Source: Octopus vulgaris (taxonomy: Eukaryota). From it: a DNA stretch of 64,000 nt. Under the pieces are notes generated by a model that was not told where the DNA came from, ran no database searches, and saw nothing but the letters and a program-made list of their open reading frames with translations. The DNA lies in the NCBI GenBank assembly GCA_951406725.2, contig OX597825.1, forward strand, positions 57,102,001 through 57,166,000. The letters run 5' to 3'. Positions 25,620 through 40,817 of the stretch are shown piece by piece; position 1 is the first letter of the stretch; each line of letters begins with the position of its first letter. The position numbers and the translations under genes are program-made.

Positions 25620-25936
25620 CTGTAATGAAAACAAGAGAGAAAAGATTACATTTATTATTATAAAAGACAATGTGAGGAACATGACCTAGGAGGTTATGAT
25701 GCTAAGCTACTAAGCATATGGTTGCCAGTTCTAATTCTAATACAGTCACTATACTTTATCCCTCAGCAAGGGTCATAATTTGGTTTGTGTCAATTTGGCT
25801 GAATCAACAAAAAATTAAAAAGACTTCCTCTGAAATGTTTCTACTTCATGGCTGAGTTCATTGGCGATATTAAGTCATTTGTCACCATATTTCTGTTTAA
25901 CATTTGCAGCCCTTGTTTCAATAAATTTTTTAAATA

Positions 25937-26325
25937 CTCTCTTTACTCTTTTACTTGTTTCAGTCATTTGACTGCGACCATGCTGGAGCACCACCTTTAG
26001 TCGAGCAAATCGACCCCAGGACTTGTTCTTTGTAAGCCTAGTACTTATTCTATCGGTCTCTTTTGCTGAACCACTAAGTTACAGGGACATAAACACACCA
26101 GCATCAGTTGTCAGGCGATGTTGGGGGGACAAATACAGACACAAATATATATATATACATACACATATACATATATACGATGGGCTTCTTTCAGTTTCCG
26201 TCTACCAAATCCACTCACAAGGCTTTGGTCGGCCCGAGGCTATAGTAAAAGACACTTGCCCAAGGTGCCACGCAGTGGGACTGAACCCGGAACCACGTGG
26301 TTGGTAAGCAAGCTTCTTACCACAA
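25937..26325 (-). mobile_element. Young, near-complete tRNA-headed SINE
   Basis: Nearly identical to 60535-60945 and retains many CpGs. Confidence 0.85.
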
Positions 26326-29118
26326 AGAATTTAATAAAATAACTTTCTCGTTAGGGTTTGGGTCAACTTAGCATAAAATCTTGATGGAACATTAGACCAC
26401 TTCAAAACAGTAAGTTTATGTCATATAATGTGGGATGGTCTCAGGCTAGTTGGTATCAAAAGGGTTAATGCTTGTTTCTGTGATTTCCCTGTTGTTGATG
26501 ACTATCAACAAGTATTGAAATATTTGGGTTTCAGCTTTGATATAAAAGTAGTCATAAATTTCTGAGCTGCTCTACAACCATCTGGTTTCCATATTTGGTC
26601 AGAAATTGTAAGAAGTCAGGAGTGAATGTATGGGTGAATGAATCGATGGATGGATGCATGTTTGTGTGTGGCTCCTTGCCTTGACATTTGTACACTGATT
26701 GTACACAATTCATACTAAAATATGTGTTACTCGTTTGCAATCTTCCATGAAAACATGCCTGGTCATTGAACTATTTGTGTTCAAACTTTCATCTTTTACT
26801 TGTTTCAGTTGTGAGAATGTGGCCATGCTGGGGCAACACATTGAAGAATTTTTTTTTAATCAAATGAATCAACCCCAGTACTTCTCTTTTTTTTTAAGCC
26901 TGGACCTTATTAGATGGTCTCTTTTGGCAAACTGCTAAGATATGAAGGCATAAACACACCAACACCAGTGGTGGCGGACAAACAAAGACACACATATATG
27001 ACATGCTTCTTTCAGTTTCCATCCACCAAATCCACTCACAAGGCTTTGGCTGGCACAAGATTCCACACAGTGGGACTGAACCCAGTACCGTGTGGTTGGG
27101 GAAGCAAGCTTCTTACCACACAGCCAAAAACTGAAACCAGATGGAAGTAGGGAAGCATGGAAATTTAGGATGCCTTTATGGCTTTATATCAAAGTTGGAA
27201 CCAAATACCACAAAACTTGCTGCTGGTCATTCATCAATAACAGAAATCACATTAATAAATGATTCTGCTACATTAACTCTTTAGCATTCAGGTTACTCTG
27301 CCAAATGTAATTTTTGCTTATTCACGTTTTGAATTAATCATACAATATTTCATAGCTTTGAAATTTTGATGTGCTTGTATATTTTTAGCATAACAATATA
27401 GATTAGATGTGAGAAGCCAAATCCGACCAGTTTGTGTATAAAACAGGTTTGGGCCGGATACGGCCGGTTATTTATTCACATTATTCTTATTTTAATCTTG
27501 TTAATAAACAGTATATTTTTTAATTATATCAATAAATAATGTCTGTTATATTAATTATTCTTATTTTAATTACATTCACAAACAAATAATATACATAAAC
27601 TAATCAAGCTGTTTACAATTGTTTTCAGTTTAATTACAATGTCTGTTATTACATAGGGGTAAAAATTTTGGGTGGGAGTAAGTATTCAAGTGTTTTAGGT
27701 GGATGCACCTGTCTCTTCTTCTTTAATCTCTCTTTATCTCCATCCACTGTACCTGCCACCTCTCCTCTCTCTCTGTAACTCCACCCAATATACCTGCCCT
27801 CCTTCATTTAAAATCTCTCTCTCTCTCTCTACCTAATGTACTTGCAACTGCTTCTCTCTCTCTACCTAATGTACTTGCAACTGCTTCTCTCTCCTCCTCT
27901 AAGTTCCCCCAATGTCTCATCTTTTAAGCTCTGTTCTTTTCCTCTCTCTCTCTAAACCCACCCATTACCTCACCATGCCCTATCTCTAGCAGGGTACCAT
28001 AGGATTCATCTGAGAATATAAAAATAAACCAGCACAATACCTATGGACCAGGTGTTAACCCCTGGTACAGTGGTTCCTTTCTGATCTCTTTTCTTTTTCT
28101 ATAGCTTAGTTAGAAAGAGAAGGACAACATCCATGACCGCCCCCCCCCCCCATCCATGACCCTAAGACTGGTGGAAAGAAGGAAATAAAGTTCACTTCAG
28201 GCTGGAGAGCAGGCTAGGATTCTTGCAACAGAGTAAAGTTTGCTAAAAGCACTTGAGAGTCAAGAGGTAGTGTTACACATGAAACTTACCACCAAGGAAC
28301 AAACAGCTCACCTGAATTTCACTAACAAAGCTATATAGATGACCTAACACTGCACAATGGGATTGAACTCATGGTCATATAGACATGTAACAAACTCCTT
28401 AACCACATATCCATGCCTGTTTTAGGAGGTTAATTGTTAGGCTGTCATAAATATAAACAATGAGATGAAACAAAGAAGAGACATTATATTTGTATAAAGG
28501 ATGGCACTAGTTTCCATGGCAATGGGCAGTACACATGCAATCAGGTAAGTGAAGTATATGTTGGAAGATGATACAAATGCAATCAATTAGAGTAACAGGT
28601 GCTGCATTTATAAGAAATACTGACTGCTTTGTAAAGGAGTGACTGAGAACATTATTGCTTCAGACATGTTTCTAAGGTGACAATATATATCTTTTATCGT
28701 TTACTTGTTTCAGTCATTAGACTGTGGCCAAGCTGGTGCACTGCCCTGAAGAATTTTTAGTTGAATAAATATTTTTTTTTTATCCTGGTTCTTATTCTCT
28801 CCATCTCTTTTGCCAAACCACTAGGTTACAGGCACATAAACACACCAATACTAGTAGTCAAACAGTGTTGGAGAACAAACACAGACACAAAGACACACAC
28901 ACGTATGTATATATGTATTCTTTTATTTGGTTTAGGCATTTGACTGTGGCCATGCTGGAGCACCATCTTTAGTCAAACGAATTGACTTCAAGACTTATTC
29001 CTTGTAAGCTTAGTATTTATTCCATTGGTCTCTTTTGCCGAACTGCTAAGTTACAGGAACGTAAACACACCAACATCGGTTGTCAAGTGATGGTGAGGGG
29101 AACAAACACAGACACACA

Positions 29119-29155
<37 letters not shown>

Positions 29156-29312
29156 GATGGGCTTCTTTCAATTTCCGTCTACCAGATCCACTCACAAGGC
29201 TATAGTAGAAGACACATGCCCATGGTGCCATGGAGTGGGACTAAACTCAGAATCATGTGGTTGGGAAGCAAGCGTCTTACCACACAGCCATGCTTGCATG
29301 CATGCATATATA

Positions 29313-30567
29313 TAGGGTACGATGGGTAAATTGTCGCCATTCTATATTTTTAATTTCGTGCATGTGCACTTTTTGTTTTTAATTTTGTCGACTACATAGT
29401 ATGGTAGGGTCAGTTGGGCACTGTCTGTGAGAAAATCAGCACCATGACGCAATTCACTCTGCCAGAAATTTGAAAACGACATGCTGTACTGCTTTGCATT
29501 CACACCAGAAGCGCCAATATGAACATTTCAGAGTGTTTGGGAATCAGCCTGAGGACAGTGCAGAGGATTTGGAAAGAGTTGGATGAGTCTAATAGTGACT
29601 ACAAAGGTATGGCAGCTCAGAAAACTCACTCTGATTGGTCTGATAAGAAAAGAACTCCTGAATTTGTTCATGAGATCTAGGCTATGATTGACAATGATCC
29701 CTTCAGGTCAATCAGGTCCATGGGAGTGTGAGTTTCTTACCAGACAGGTAGTGCATGAAGACATTCACTATTCCCCGTACAAGATGAGAAAGGGCCAATT
29801 TTTATCCCAAGCTATCAAGGACAAGAGAAGAGACCATGCTATGAAGCTTTTGAACAAACTCAAGCATCCCCTCCAACCAAACATGCTTTAGTTTCTGCCA
29901 AGATCAGATGGTGAACACAGAACAACCGCTGACTTGCCATGTTCCCAAAACATGTACCAAGAGTGATAAAAATCAAATATCCAGTCAACATCATGGTGTT
30001 TGGAGTGATCACTAATGATGGCGACATTATGCTTCCATTCATCTTCCCACACAGCCTCACACTCAATGTAGAGGCCTACATCAAGTGTCTGGAGTTAGTG
30101 CTGCCCTGGGTCAAGAGGGTGGCTGCTAGAAGACCCTATATCTGGCAACAGGACTCTGCACCATACTACACAAGGAGAACTCAGTCATGGCTGTCAGACA
30201 ATTTCTGTGACGACATCACCCCTAACATCTTGCCACCTAACTCCCCAGACTGCAACCTCTTTGATTATTATGCGTGGGGCACAGTTGAGCAAGAAACTAA
30301 CCAAACTCCTTGTAACACCAAAGATGAACTGAAGGCAAGGATTATGGCAGCATTCACCAACTTAGACAAGGAAACCAGAGTTACAGAAGGTTCCGAAGTC
30401 GTCCAGAGGCTATGGTTGAAGCCAATCATGATTTTATTAAATAAATTTACTCTTTAGTATTTCAAGATATTTTTATGTAATTTTGGTAAATATATCTCTT
30501 AAAATGAGATGTCAGTGTTATTTTCATTTCTGTGTAAATTAGGTGACAATTTATTCACTGCACTCTG
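29313..30567 (+). mobile_element. Decayed Tc1/mariner transposon, DD37D (maT)-like, second family
   Basis: TIRs tagggtacgatgggtaaattgtcgcc and ggtgacaatttattcactgcactctg with TA flanks. ORF 29939-30457 contains IMVFGVI, WQQDSAP and LPPNSPDCNLFDYY. Confidence 0.87.
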
Positions 30568-33500
30568 TATATACACAATAGACTTCTTTCAGTTTCTGTC
30601 AACCAAATCCACCCACAAGACCTTGGTCAGCCCAAGGTTATAATCGAAAATACTTGCCAAAAGTGCTATGCAGTTGGACTGAACCCAGAACCATGTGGTT
30701 GGGAAGCAAGTATCTTCAATTATAGTACCAGGTTATCAAATTCTTATGAGTGAATCTGGTCAACAGAAACTGAAAGGAGCCCACTGTGTGTAGGCGTGTT
30801 AATGCAAACAGGGAAAATAGAACTCAAAATATGAATATATGTATATTTTTAATATCGATAAATATATATATCATCATCATCCTTTAATGTCCATTTTCCA
30901 TGCTGGCATGGGTTGGATGGTGTGGCCAGAGCTGACAAACGAGAAAGCTGCACCAGGTTCCAGTCTGATTTGGCTTAGTTTCTATAACTGCATGTCCTTC
31001 TTAATGCCAACCACTTTACACTGTGTGCTGAGTACTTCCAACATGACACTGGCATGAGTGCTTTTACATGGCACCAACATGAATGCTTTATATGTGACGC
31101 CAGCCATAGTGCTTTTTATGTGGTACTGGCACAGTGCTCTTGCAGGCTGATCCTCTTTATCAGGTTATCGTCACTTTTCCTGTCAACAAATCCTCCACTT
31201 GCCTTGCACCTCCAAAAATGGGTGGAAACAAGAAATCCTTTACTAGAAAAACAAGAGTTAGCAACAAGAAGGACATCCTGCTTTAAAAAAATACCTCAAT
31301 AAAATATTCACCTAACTCATATTAGCATTGGAAATAGGTGTAAAATGAACAAACTAGAAAGATATCTGACATTTCCTAGGAAATATGGTATTAGTTGATG
31401 GCAATTTTTGTTGGATAGAATCATGGTAATTTCTGCATAAATTTATGATTTCAAACACAATGTCAGTATTATTTGTAACAGAGTTACATTGTATTTTTAC
31501 TGCTTAAAATATTATTTGTATTAAAAAAAAACTACAAAAAAAGGAAATAATACAAAGGCATTCCAGTCATGAAAACCCAGTCCATCATCATCATCATTAA
31601 TGTCTGTTTTCCATGCTGGTATGAGTTGGATGGTTTGATAGAAGCTGGTTAGGCAAAAGACTGCACCAGGCTTCAATGACTGTTTTGGGCATGGTTTTTT
31701 ATATGCTCTTCTCAATATCAATGACCTTACATGACACCAACACTGGTGACCTCTGTTTGGTATGGTTTTTACAGCTGGATGCCCTTCAAAACGCCAACAC
31801 ACACACACACACAGAGTCAAGTGGTGATCTGCCCTTGGAAAGGCACTATGCATGTGAACTTTCTCCATACAACCTGGGGTGCCCCTACCTTCGACTGCTG
31901 CTGTTAAGTAGATTACTGGAACTTTTGGCTTCTATGGCTAGACTTGGGATGGAGACTGGAGTAGTTTCTCATTACCTTCTCCAGACAGGTGGGTTTTGAA
32001 CTCAGAATGTAAGGAGCCAGAAGGTATACCATAACACATTTCTGCCGACATGCCAACAATTTTGCCACACTCCCACCCACAGAGCAACATGAAATAAAGT
32101 GTCAGTACAAATTAACCATTCCAGACTCTACTTATGCAGCTTCTCTAACAACATTTTAGAGTAATTTGTTACATTTGACCTGAGTCAAAAATTCTGGTAT
32201 CATTCAAGACATTTTAGCATAACACAATATATATTGGATCAGGTAATGAAGGTCACAGAGACGGTCATAACCCAACTAATTAGGGAAAGAGTCAGTTTAG
32301 ATGAGATGCAGTTTGACATAGCAGTTTGGCAAAAGAGACTGATAGAATAAGTACTAGGCTTAAAAAATATAAGTCCTGAGGTTGATTTGTTTGGCTAAAA
32401 ACCTTCAAGGCTCCAGCATGGCCACAGTCAAATGACTGAAAGAAGTAAAAGAATAAAAATATATACATGATGGGCTTCTTCAGGCTTCCATCTACCAAAT
32501 GCATTTAGAAGGTTTTGGTTAGTCTGGGGCTATAGTAGAAGACACCTGCTCAAGGTACCATACAGTGGATCTAAACCCGAAACTTTACAGTTAGGAAGTA
32601 AATTTTTCAACTACATGGTTATGTCTAATTTATAAGAAAATATATATTGCTTATTACAAGTACAGGTGTGACAGTATGGGGTAAAGTAATTTGCTTTGAA
32701 TCCGTTCCCAATGCGAAAGATTGTGTGTAAATGTCTTCTATCTCTAATCATCTGTCACACTACTTTCACTCAGTGCACTTACCTACACATCCACCTTTTC
32801 CACTCTTTTATCCTATTCTGTCTTATAGTCATGTTGTACCTGGACCTCACATCTCTTTCTCACTTTCCAGGTGGACAAGCCATGTATTAACCTCTTCAGC
32901 AAGACACCTGCTCCTCTTCCTCTATCATAGCTTCTTATCCGTTCTATACCCAGCTTAGTTGATGGGTCTTATGGATACTTGGCAACCTCATTGGTGCTGG
33001 TGCCATGTAAAAAGCACCCAGTACACTGTTAAGTGGTTGGCGTTAGAAAGAGAATCCAGAAACCATGCCAAAGCAGACAGAACCTGCCAGAGACTTCTGG
33101 CTCGTCTGTTCTTGTCAAACCATTTAACCCATGCCAGCACGAAAAAAAGGACGTTAATGATAATGATGATGCTACGTGTGTTTATAAATGCACACTCCAT
33201 CAGGATTTAGTAACTTTCAACAATATCTAAGAACTTTAATGTGTGCTCCTCATTTTGGAGATGGTTAGTTGAGAAGCCTGTGAAAAAAAAAAGGGAGTGA
33301 ATTTAGTTGCATTTTTATTGGACAAGTACAGTATACATCGCTATAATCAGCTCTACAGCAGTGGTTTATCGAGCAGAGAAAATATCGAAGACGTAAATCA
33401 AGTGTTTCGTCTTCATCAATATATATGGTACATGGGCAGGAGGTACGGACGTTGACGAGAGAAACACAGACTGGCAAAAACAGAGAAATAATAACTAATG

Positions 33501-33719
33501 ATTATGATAATTATAAAGGAAGAGACGACTGTAATTGAATGAATGTTCTACAGTATATTACTGGTACTTTTATGGAAGCTTCCCTGGAGGAATTAGAACT
33601 CAGAATGTAATAGGTTGAAAGTAAATATTGCTAAGTATATAGCCTTGATAACTCATCCATCACCCACAAATCATAAGTAGACAAGTAAATGTGATTAGGT
33701 GACATTCATGCTTGTTTTT

Positions 33720-34670
33720 TAAAGGGAAGTAACAAACAAACGTACAAACCTACAAATAAAACGTGAAAAAGGAGCTCACATGGGAAACAGTATCTTTGTC
33801 TTTATGTGTATGTATGTATAGATATATATATACACACAAACAAACGTCGTTAAAGGAGGGTGGTTGTGTGGTGGTATGATGTGCGTGAGAGGTTGTTAGG
33901 CATGTTTTTACTTTTAACTACGAAAATGAAAATGGTGTAATCGAGAACAAAAAACAAGGAAGCTAATCTTCAACTTTCCTACCTATGAAGAAACGATTAG
34001 TGAATGTGCTTTTCGATTTCTTATTAAACGTCATCCTTAATTAGGAAGACATTGGGCAAAATATAAATGTAATATCATAACCTATACAAATATATGCGAA
34101 TGTAGGTGTTTATGCATTCCTGTACATGAGTATACATTACTACAAATTTTTGTATATACTCATTTCAGCAGATACCAATAGCTTTTTATACTCGCACTAA
34201 AAACACGACTCTACCTAAGCCACGAATTTTTGTGTGTCTTTTGTGACTTTTATATGCAGTAGCACTGAAATCGTCTACACGCGTTTCTGTGTGACATGTA
34301 TAGTCTATTGAATAGATAGAGGCAGAGACAAATGTGTGATCTGTGTTAAACCCGAAACGGGAGTGCTGGGTTAATAAATACGGTCTCTCAAACTTGCATT
34401 ATTGCTACAAACAATGATATATAAAACAAATAATTGTTACCGTGGAATTTTCTTGTTCGCTCATGTTCGTTTTTTAAGGTACGAACACACATACATACAT
34501 ATACGTGTATATATATATATATGTGTGTGTGTGAGTGTATATCTATATAAATATATATATAAATATCCGTCGTTGATTTTAAATAAATTAATTAGAATTT
34601 ACTTAGCCATAACAGTTCAAAACCTGTGTGGAACTCTCCTGGCAACTTTGTAAACAAGGGAGATAATGCT
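33720..34670. promoter_or_regulatory. Candidate (possibly bidirectional) promoter/5' region of the zinc-finger gene
   Basis: Unique, CpG-enriched sequence upstream of the first found exon. Minus-strand donor-like sites at 34214 and 33982, a plus-strand donor-like site at 34479, and AAGGGANNTAA motifs at 33722 and 34656. Confidence 0.35.
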
Positions 34671-37129
34671 TGCTGCTTCTGGATTCCAAGTATTTGTTAA
34701 TTTTGTGTGTGTGTGTGTCATTTAATTGTTATAATTAATTATGAGTGTTGCTGAATTATGTGTCATAGGTTATTACTTATTAACGTGGAGATGATATTTT
34801 TTAAACAACAAGAAATTCATGGCTGTCAGTTGTATGAATTAATTTATCTCCTTTCAATGAATATTTTAGATATAGAGTAGATTTGCACAGACCAAAAATT
34901 TAATGCTTTTTATCTCATTACATTGATGTGCTGTGTCTATAGTCCAGCTCATTTTACTTTGCATAGATCTGACCACTTATCTGTAAATGAATACCTACTT
35001 TAATGCAACAAGATACATGCACAAATACACATAAATCACTGTTTCTTAACCAACTTTTCTCCATTTCTCTTCTTGACCTGTTCACCATCCTGGTTTTTCC
35101 CTACATATGATAAGAAAAAAGTTGTCCTGTCTACAATGAATCGTAGAGAATTCATTGGATTGAATTATCTGCTTTATATCAATTTAACATTAAACAACCT
35201 TAAAATCAATAAAGAAATTAAATTTAGCTAAAATGGTGTGAATTGTAATAATGAATTTTTCTACTAAAACACAATTTCGTCATTAGAATCCCTAAATTTT
35301 CTATTCAAGTCAAGAAATTTCTTCCTAGAGGGAATCTCCCCAGAATTGCAGACTTACACAAACTTGTGCACAGATGTTTTAGAGAAATCTAACATGTTAA
35401 ACTTGAGTATCTTACAACAAACGTTTCAAAGTAGTTGGTATTGACAGCTCAGTAAAATGAAAGGTGGCTGTATAACAATGGTTCTTTAACTTTGAGTTAG
35501 TCAAGGTAAGCATCCACAAGAATAAACTTTTAAGGATTATTGCAAAAAAGTATTGGCATTAGTTGATCCCCCACCCACAAAAGACTGAAAGTCTTTTTTA
35601 CAAATTTGATGACATATAAGGCCCATAGATATATAAGACCATCCACTTAAATCGAAGTTCATCAAGAAATACTAAGAGAGAATTTTTAGTTCTTTTAATT
35701 ATTGTTGAAATATGTAGCTATGGTAGAGTAGAAAAATAAATCCTGGACAAAATGTCTGACAACAACAGCAAGAAAGCCTTTTTTTATAATAATACTACAT
35801 TTTTTGTCTCATTTTTCTTTTATTTTTGTAAATTGAACCCAAACACCTAAAAGCAAACATATTACATCAAATAGAATGTCTCATGGCATTTGTTTACCAT
35901 TTTTTCACAATTCATCATTGTTCTCCTTGCTTTCATCATTCCATTATAATTTTGACTGTAAACAGTGCCCAAAAAACTCTCCATGCTTCCTGGTATAGTT
36001 TACCACTTTTAGTTTGTAAGGAATTGTATAAATAAAGCATTTCCCTTCCAGAGCCTTAATATTGAGGGTAAAATCTTTCACAACTATTAACCATGTATCT
36101 GTATTACCATAGTTGTTGTTATGGTAATACTATCATAAGAACCCTTCCTATAAACTAAATGAACAATAATAATGGTTTCAAATTTTGGAACAAGGCCAAT
36201 AGTTTTGGAGGGGAGGGGGAAGTCGATTACGGTACATCAACTCCAGTACTTGACTGGTACTTAGTTTATCAATCCTGAAAGGATGAAAGACATAGATAAT
36301 CTGAACAGAATTTGAAATCAGAACATAAAAACGAATAAAATGCTGCTAAGCATTTTGCCCAGCATGCTTTTGATTCTGCCCGCTCCCCTACCTTAAAATG
36401 AAAAATTATGATAAAATAAGTAAAAAAAAACACAGCATGATTATCAAAAATATTTCTTCCTGCTGTTTTAGTTACAGTTTTTTTTTTTCCCCAAGAACTT
36501 TTTTCTGCAAAACTGTAATTACATCATCATCATCGTTTAACATCTGCTTTCCATGCTAGCATGGGTTGGACGGTCTGGGAAGCTAGGAGGCTGCGCCAGG
36601 CTCCAGTCTGATCTGGCAGTGTTTCTACAGCTGGATGCCCTTCCTAACGCCAACCACTCCGTGAGTGTAGTGGGTGCTTTTTACGTGCCACCAACACAGG
36701 GGCCAGAGGAGGCTGGCAAACAGCCACGATCGGTTGGTACTTATTACGTGTCACCAATATGTGTATCATAACTACAATTTCCATTTGATTTTTATTTTGA
36801 TGTTGGTGTTGACGTACTTGACTCAGTAGGTCTCCTCAAGCACAGCGGGTCACTCTACGAACCAAGGTAAGCACAGCAGGCCGTTCTGTGAGCCATGAAC
36901 TCACTTCATTTGTTGGGTCGTTGCAGTCACAGCATATCTCAGAGGTCTCAGTCTTTCATCATTTCCTCTGTGAGGCCCAACGTACCACCTGCACCGGTAT
37001 CACAACTACAATATCCATTTGATTTTTATTTTGATGATGTACTTGACTCAGTAGGTCACCCTACGATCCAAGGTTAGCACAGCAGGCCATCCTGTGAGCC
37101 ATGAACTCACTTCATTTGTCGGGTCTTCG

Positions 37130-38012
37130 CAGTCACAGCATATCTCCAGAGGTCTCGGTCTTTCGTCATAGCTTCTGTGAGGCCCAATGTACGAAGGTCA
37201 TGCTTGACCACCTCATCCCATGTCTTCCTGGGTCTACCTTACCCTGGATTCCCTTCAACAGTTTGGGAGTAGCACTTTTTCAAACATCTCTCCTCATCCA
37301 TACATAGTACATGACCATACCAACGCAAATGTCTCTCCTGCACACCACATTCGATGCTTCTCATGTCCAACTTTCTCTCAGGGCGCTTACACTCTGTCGT
37401 GCATGGACACTGACATTACACATCCAGCGGATCATGCTAGCTTATTTCTTTTGAGCCTATGCATGTCCTCCGCAGTCACAGCCCATGTTTCACTATCGTG
37501 AAGCATGGCAGTTCGCACACATGTGTCGTACAATCTACCTTTCACTCTGAGCGAGAGACCCTTTGTCACCAGTAGGGGTAGGAGCTTTCTAAACTTTGCC
37601 CAGGCTATTCTTATTCTAGTGGTAACACTCTCTGAGCATCCACACCCACTACTAACTTGGTCACCTAGGTAGCAGAAACTATCAACTACTTCTAGTTTCT
37701 CTCCCTGGAGTGTAACTGAATCTGTTTTCTGAGTATCTGTGGTGTCTATTGCCCCTGTGCATCTGCCGCACATGAAAGCTATCTTCTTGGTTAATTTTCC
37801 TTTGATGTTGCTGCACCTCTTATGTGTCCATAGCTTACACTGGATACATCATATGGAGTTTCTACCTACACCTTTTCTACAGATCGAGCAGGGCCACTTA
37901 CCTAAGGGGATGTGTGGTGAGTTCGCCTTCCTACTTACTAGAACTTTGGTCTTTACTACATTGATTCTAAGGCCTTTTGATTCTAAACCTAGCTTCCACA
38001 CATGAAAGTTCT
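37130..38012 (-). mobile_element. RTE LINE fragment with PHD-like insert
   Basis: ORFs 37849-38106 and 37432-37773: WKLGLESKGLRINVVKTKVL, KWPCSICRKGVGRNSI, FCYLGDQVSSG...RIRIAWAKF. Confidence 0.88.
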
Positions 38013-38344
38013 TTTTACTATTTCCTAATGAAACTGGACCAAGGAGAGAAGGTCTACATACCATAGTAAACACCAAATGCATAAAGTGGCAATGGCTCAT
38101 GAGCATAGCTAAGAGTTTTTGATATGCAACAATGAATGATGTTAGAACTGCTGAGCCACGCTGTGATGATGGTCAATGTCAACGACAACATATGATTATC
38201 ACTCTAATTTCAAGTTTATTTCAAACATTAGAATATGTTTCCCTGTGAAAATAGTTGTTTCTGTTATAAGCATAAAGCCTTTAATAACTATTTCAACTTT
38301 AGGTTCAAGGCTGGGAATTTTGAGAGAAGGGTGTTAGTTAACCA

Positions 38345-40065
38345 AATGTTCCATCTTCATCACCACTGACATTGGACTCTATATCCTCTATGCAATTTAC
38401 ACCAGCAATGCTACAACACCACCTAAAGAATAAACGCAATTATGCCTCTCCTGGTCTCGATGGTGTTACATACCTACTTCTCAAACGCAGTGGGTACTTT
38501 CTTCTAAGACAACTTTCTCTATTCTTCCAATTCTGTCTTGACAATGGTGTTACTCCAGAACAGTGGAAAACTGCCAGTGTCATCCCTCTGTTCAAAAAAG
38601 GCGACCGCACATCGCCTGTCAACTATCGCCCCGTCAGTCTTACTAGCTGCATCGCCAAACTGATGGAATCCTGTATCAGAGAAACCCTCTGGAACTTCTG
38701 GAAGTCTCACAGCCTCATCCAGCCGTCACAATTCGGATTTATTCCTAACTCCAGCTGCTGTAATCAACTCATCGAGTTTCTTGAGGACGTTACCCAAATC
38801 ACTGATCGCGGATCCTGGGTGGATGTTGTTTACCTGGACTTTGCTAAGACTTTTAACTCTGTGCCACACAAAAGACTTATGGTGAAGCTTTCTGCGTTGG
38901 GTGTAAGAGACGAACTCTATAACTGGTTAAAGTCTTTTATTTTCGGCCGAAAAGAGGTTGTCACAGTTCTAGGACAGCACTCTTCGCCCTATGAGATGAC
39001 ATCTGGTGTGCCGCAGGGATCTGTTCTTGGCCTCCTTTTATTTGTTGCATATGTTAATGACATAGATGCCAACTTAAAGAATGCCACAGTGCTGAAATAT
39101 GCAGATGACATCAAGCTGTACCTCGAAATAAAGAGGTCAAATCCTGTACACTATGGATCTCTATTGCAAGCAGACCTGGACACATTGCAGCAGTGGATCA
39201 TGGACTGGCAACTCAAGCTGGCTGTGGACAAATGTACCACCATGCATTTTGGGAGGAGAAACCCAGCGTCCACCTACTCCCTCCACAACACTAGTCTCAA
39301 AAAGTCTTCAAGTGAACGTGACCTGGGTGTTATTGTCGACAGTGATTTGCGTTGGACAAAACACATCGCTAAAATTGTCAAGAAGGCTGAGGGTGTCTTG
39401 GCATCACTCACCAAATCCTTTGTGAGCCGCTCTCCGGCTATCTATCTGTGGCTTTATATAGCTATGGTAAGACCTCACCTGGAATTTGCATCACCGGTCT
39501 GGAACCCCTATCTTGCCCAGGACATCAATCGTCTGGAAGCTGTTCAGCGACGTGCAACCAAAAGAATAACCCTCCATCAGGCATTTGCCATATCCTGAAC
39601 GCCTTACTTCCCTGGGCATGGACACATTGAAACTCCGACGTCTGGCAGCTGACTTGGCAGACACCCATAAAATTATCAACCATCGCACAAACAATAACTC
39701 TGAGCACCTCTTCAAACTCCACCCATCTAACACCCATGGACATATTTACAAAGTAAGAAAACAGCACAGCTCCCATGACTTCAGGAAACATTTTTTCACA
39801 CTGAGAGTTGCTGAAGCATGGAACAAACTGCCGGCATCGGTTGTTAGTTGTCGGAGCACTGCATCCTTCAAAACTTCCATGCTTCCTGAGATTCGCCAAC
39901 ACTACACTTGATTTTCTCCCCTCCATACACACACAAGCATGTATCTGACTCATACACTGTTCACTTTCCAGACATTTCTACATTACTGCATGTACTTTAT
40001 ATGCACTTTCTGACAAGTTGTGGTGCACCTGAGCACTGTATACAATAATTTCATTTTTTATTTTT
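38345..40065 (+). mobile_element. 5'-truncated CR1/L2-type LINE with near-intact RT
   Basis: ORF 38372-39598: PLFKKGD..NYRPVSLT, QFGF, YLDFAKTFNSVPH, SGVPQGSVLG, KYADD, ERDLGV, VRPHLEF...W.PY. A frameshift at ~39570 continues in 39585-39911. Ends in a TTA-rich tail. Confidence 0.93.
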
Positions 40066-40817
40066 AACGTGACCTGGGCATTATTGTCGACAGCAATTTG
40101 CGTTGGACAAAACACATTGCTAAAATTGCCAAGAAGGCTGAGGGTGTCTTGGCATCACTCACCAAGTCCTTTGTGAGCCACTCTCCGGCTATCTATCTGA
40201 GCCTTTATATAGCTATGGTGTGATCTCACCTGGAATTTGCATCACCGGTCTGGAACCCCTATCTTTCCCAGAATATTAATCATCTGGAAACCGTTCAGTG
40301 ACGTGCAACCAAGGGAATACTCTCCATCAGGCATTTGCCATATTCTGAATGCCTTACTTCCCTGGGCATGGATACATTGAAATTCCGATGTCTGGCAGCT
40401 GACTTGGCAGACACCCATAAAATTATTAACCATCTTAAAAAACAATAACTCTGAGCACCTTTTCAAACTCCACCTGTTTAACACCCATGGACATGTTTAC
40501 AAAGTCAGAAAACAGCACAGCTCCCATGACTTTCAGAAACATTTTTTCATGCTAAGAGTTGCTGAAGCATGGAACAAACTGCCAGCATCAGTTGTTAGTT
40601 GTCGGAGCACTGCATCCTTCAAAACTTCCATGCTTCTTGAGATTTGCCAACACTACACCTGATGTTCTCCCCTCCATACACACGCAAGCATGTATCTGAC
40701 TCATACACTGTTCACTTTCCAGACATTTGTACATTACTGCATATGCTTTATACACACTTTTTACAAGTTGTGGTGCACCTGAGCACTGTATACAATAATT
40801 TCATTATTATTATTATT
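40066..40817 (+). mobile_element. Tandem second copy of the 3' 750 bp of the CR1-type LINE
   Basis: Aligns to 39315-40065 with scattered substitutions and ends in (TTA)n. Confidence 0.9.

Noticed and set aside
33265-33477. 70-aa minus-strand ORF with an upstream acceptor, as candidate first coding exon
   Set aside because: No convincing ATG plus phase-0 donor combination and no recognisable homology; could be a UTR exon but is unsupported.
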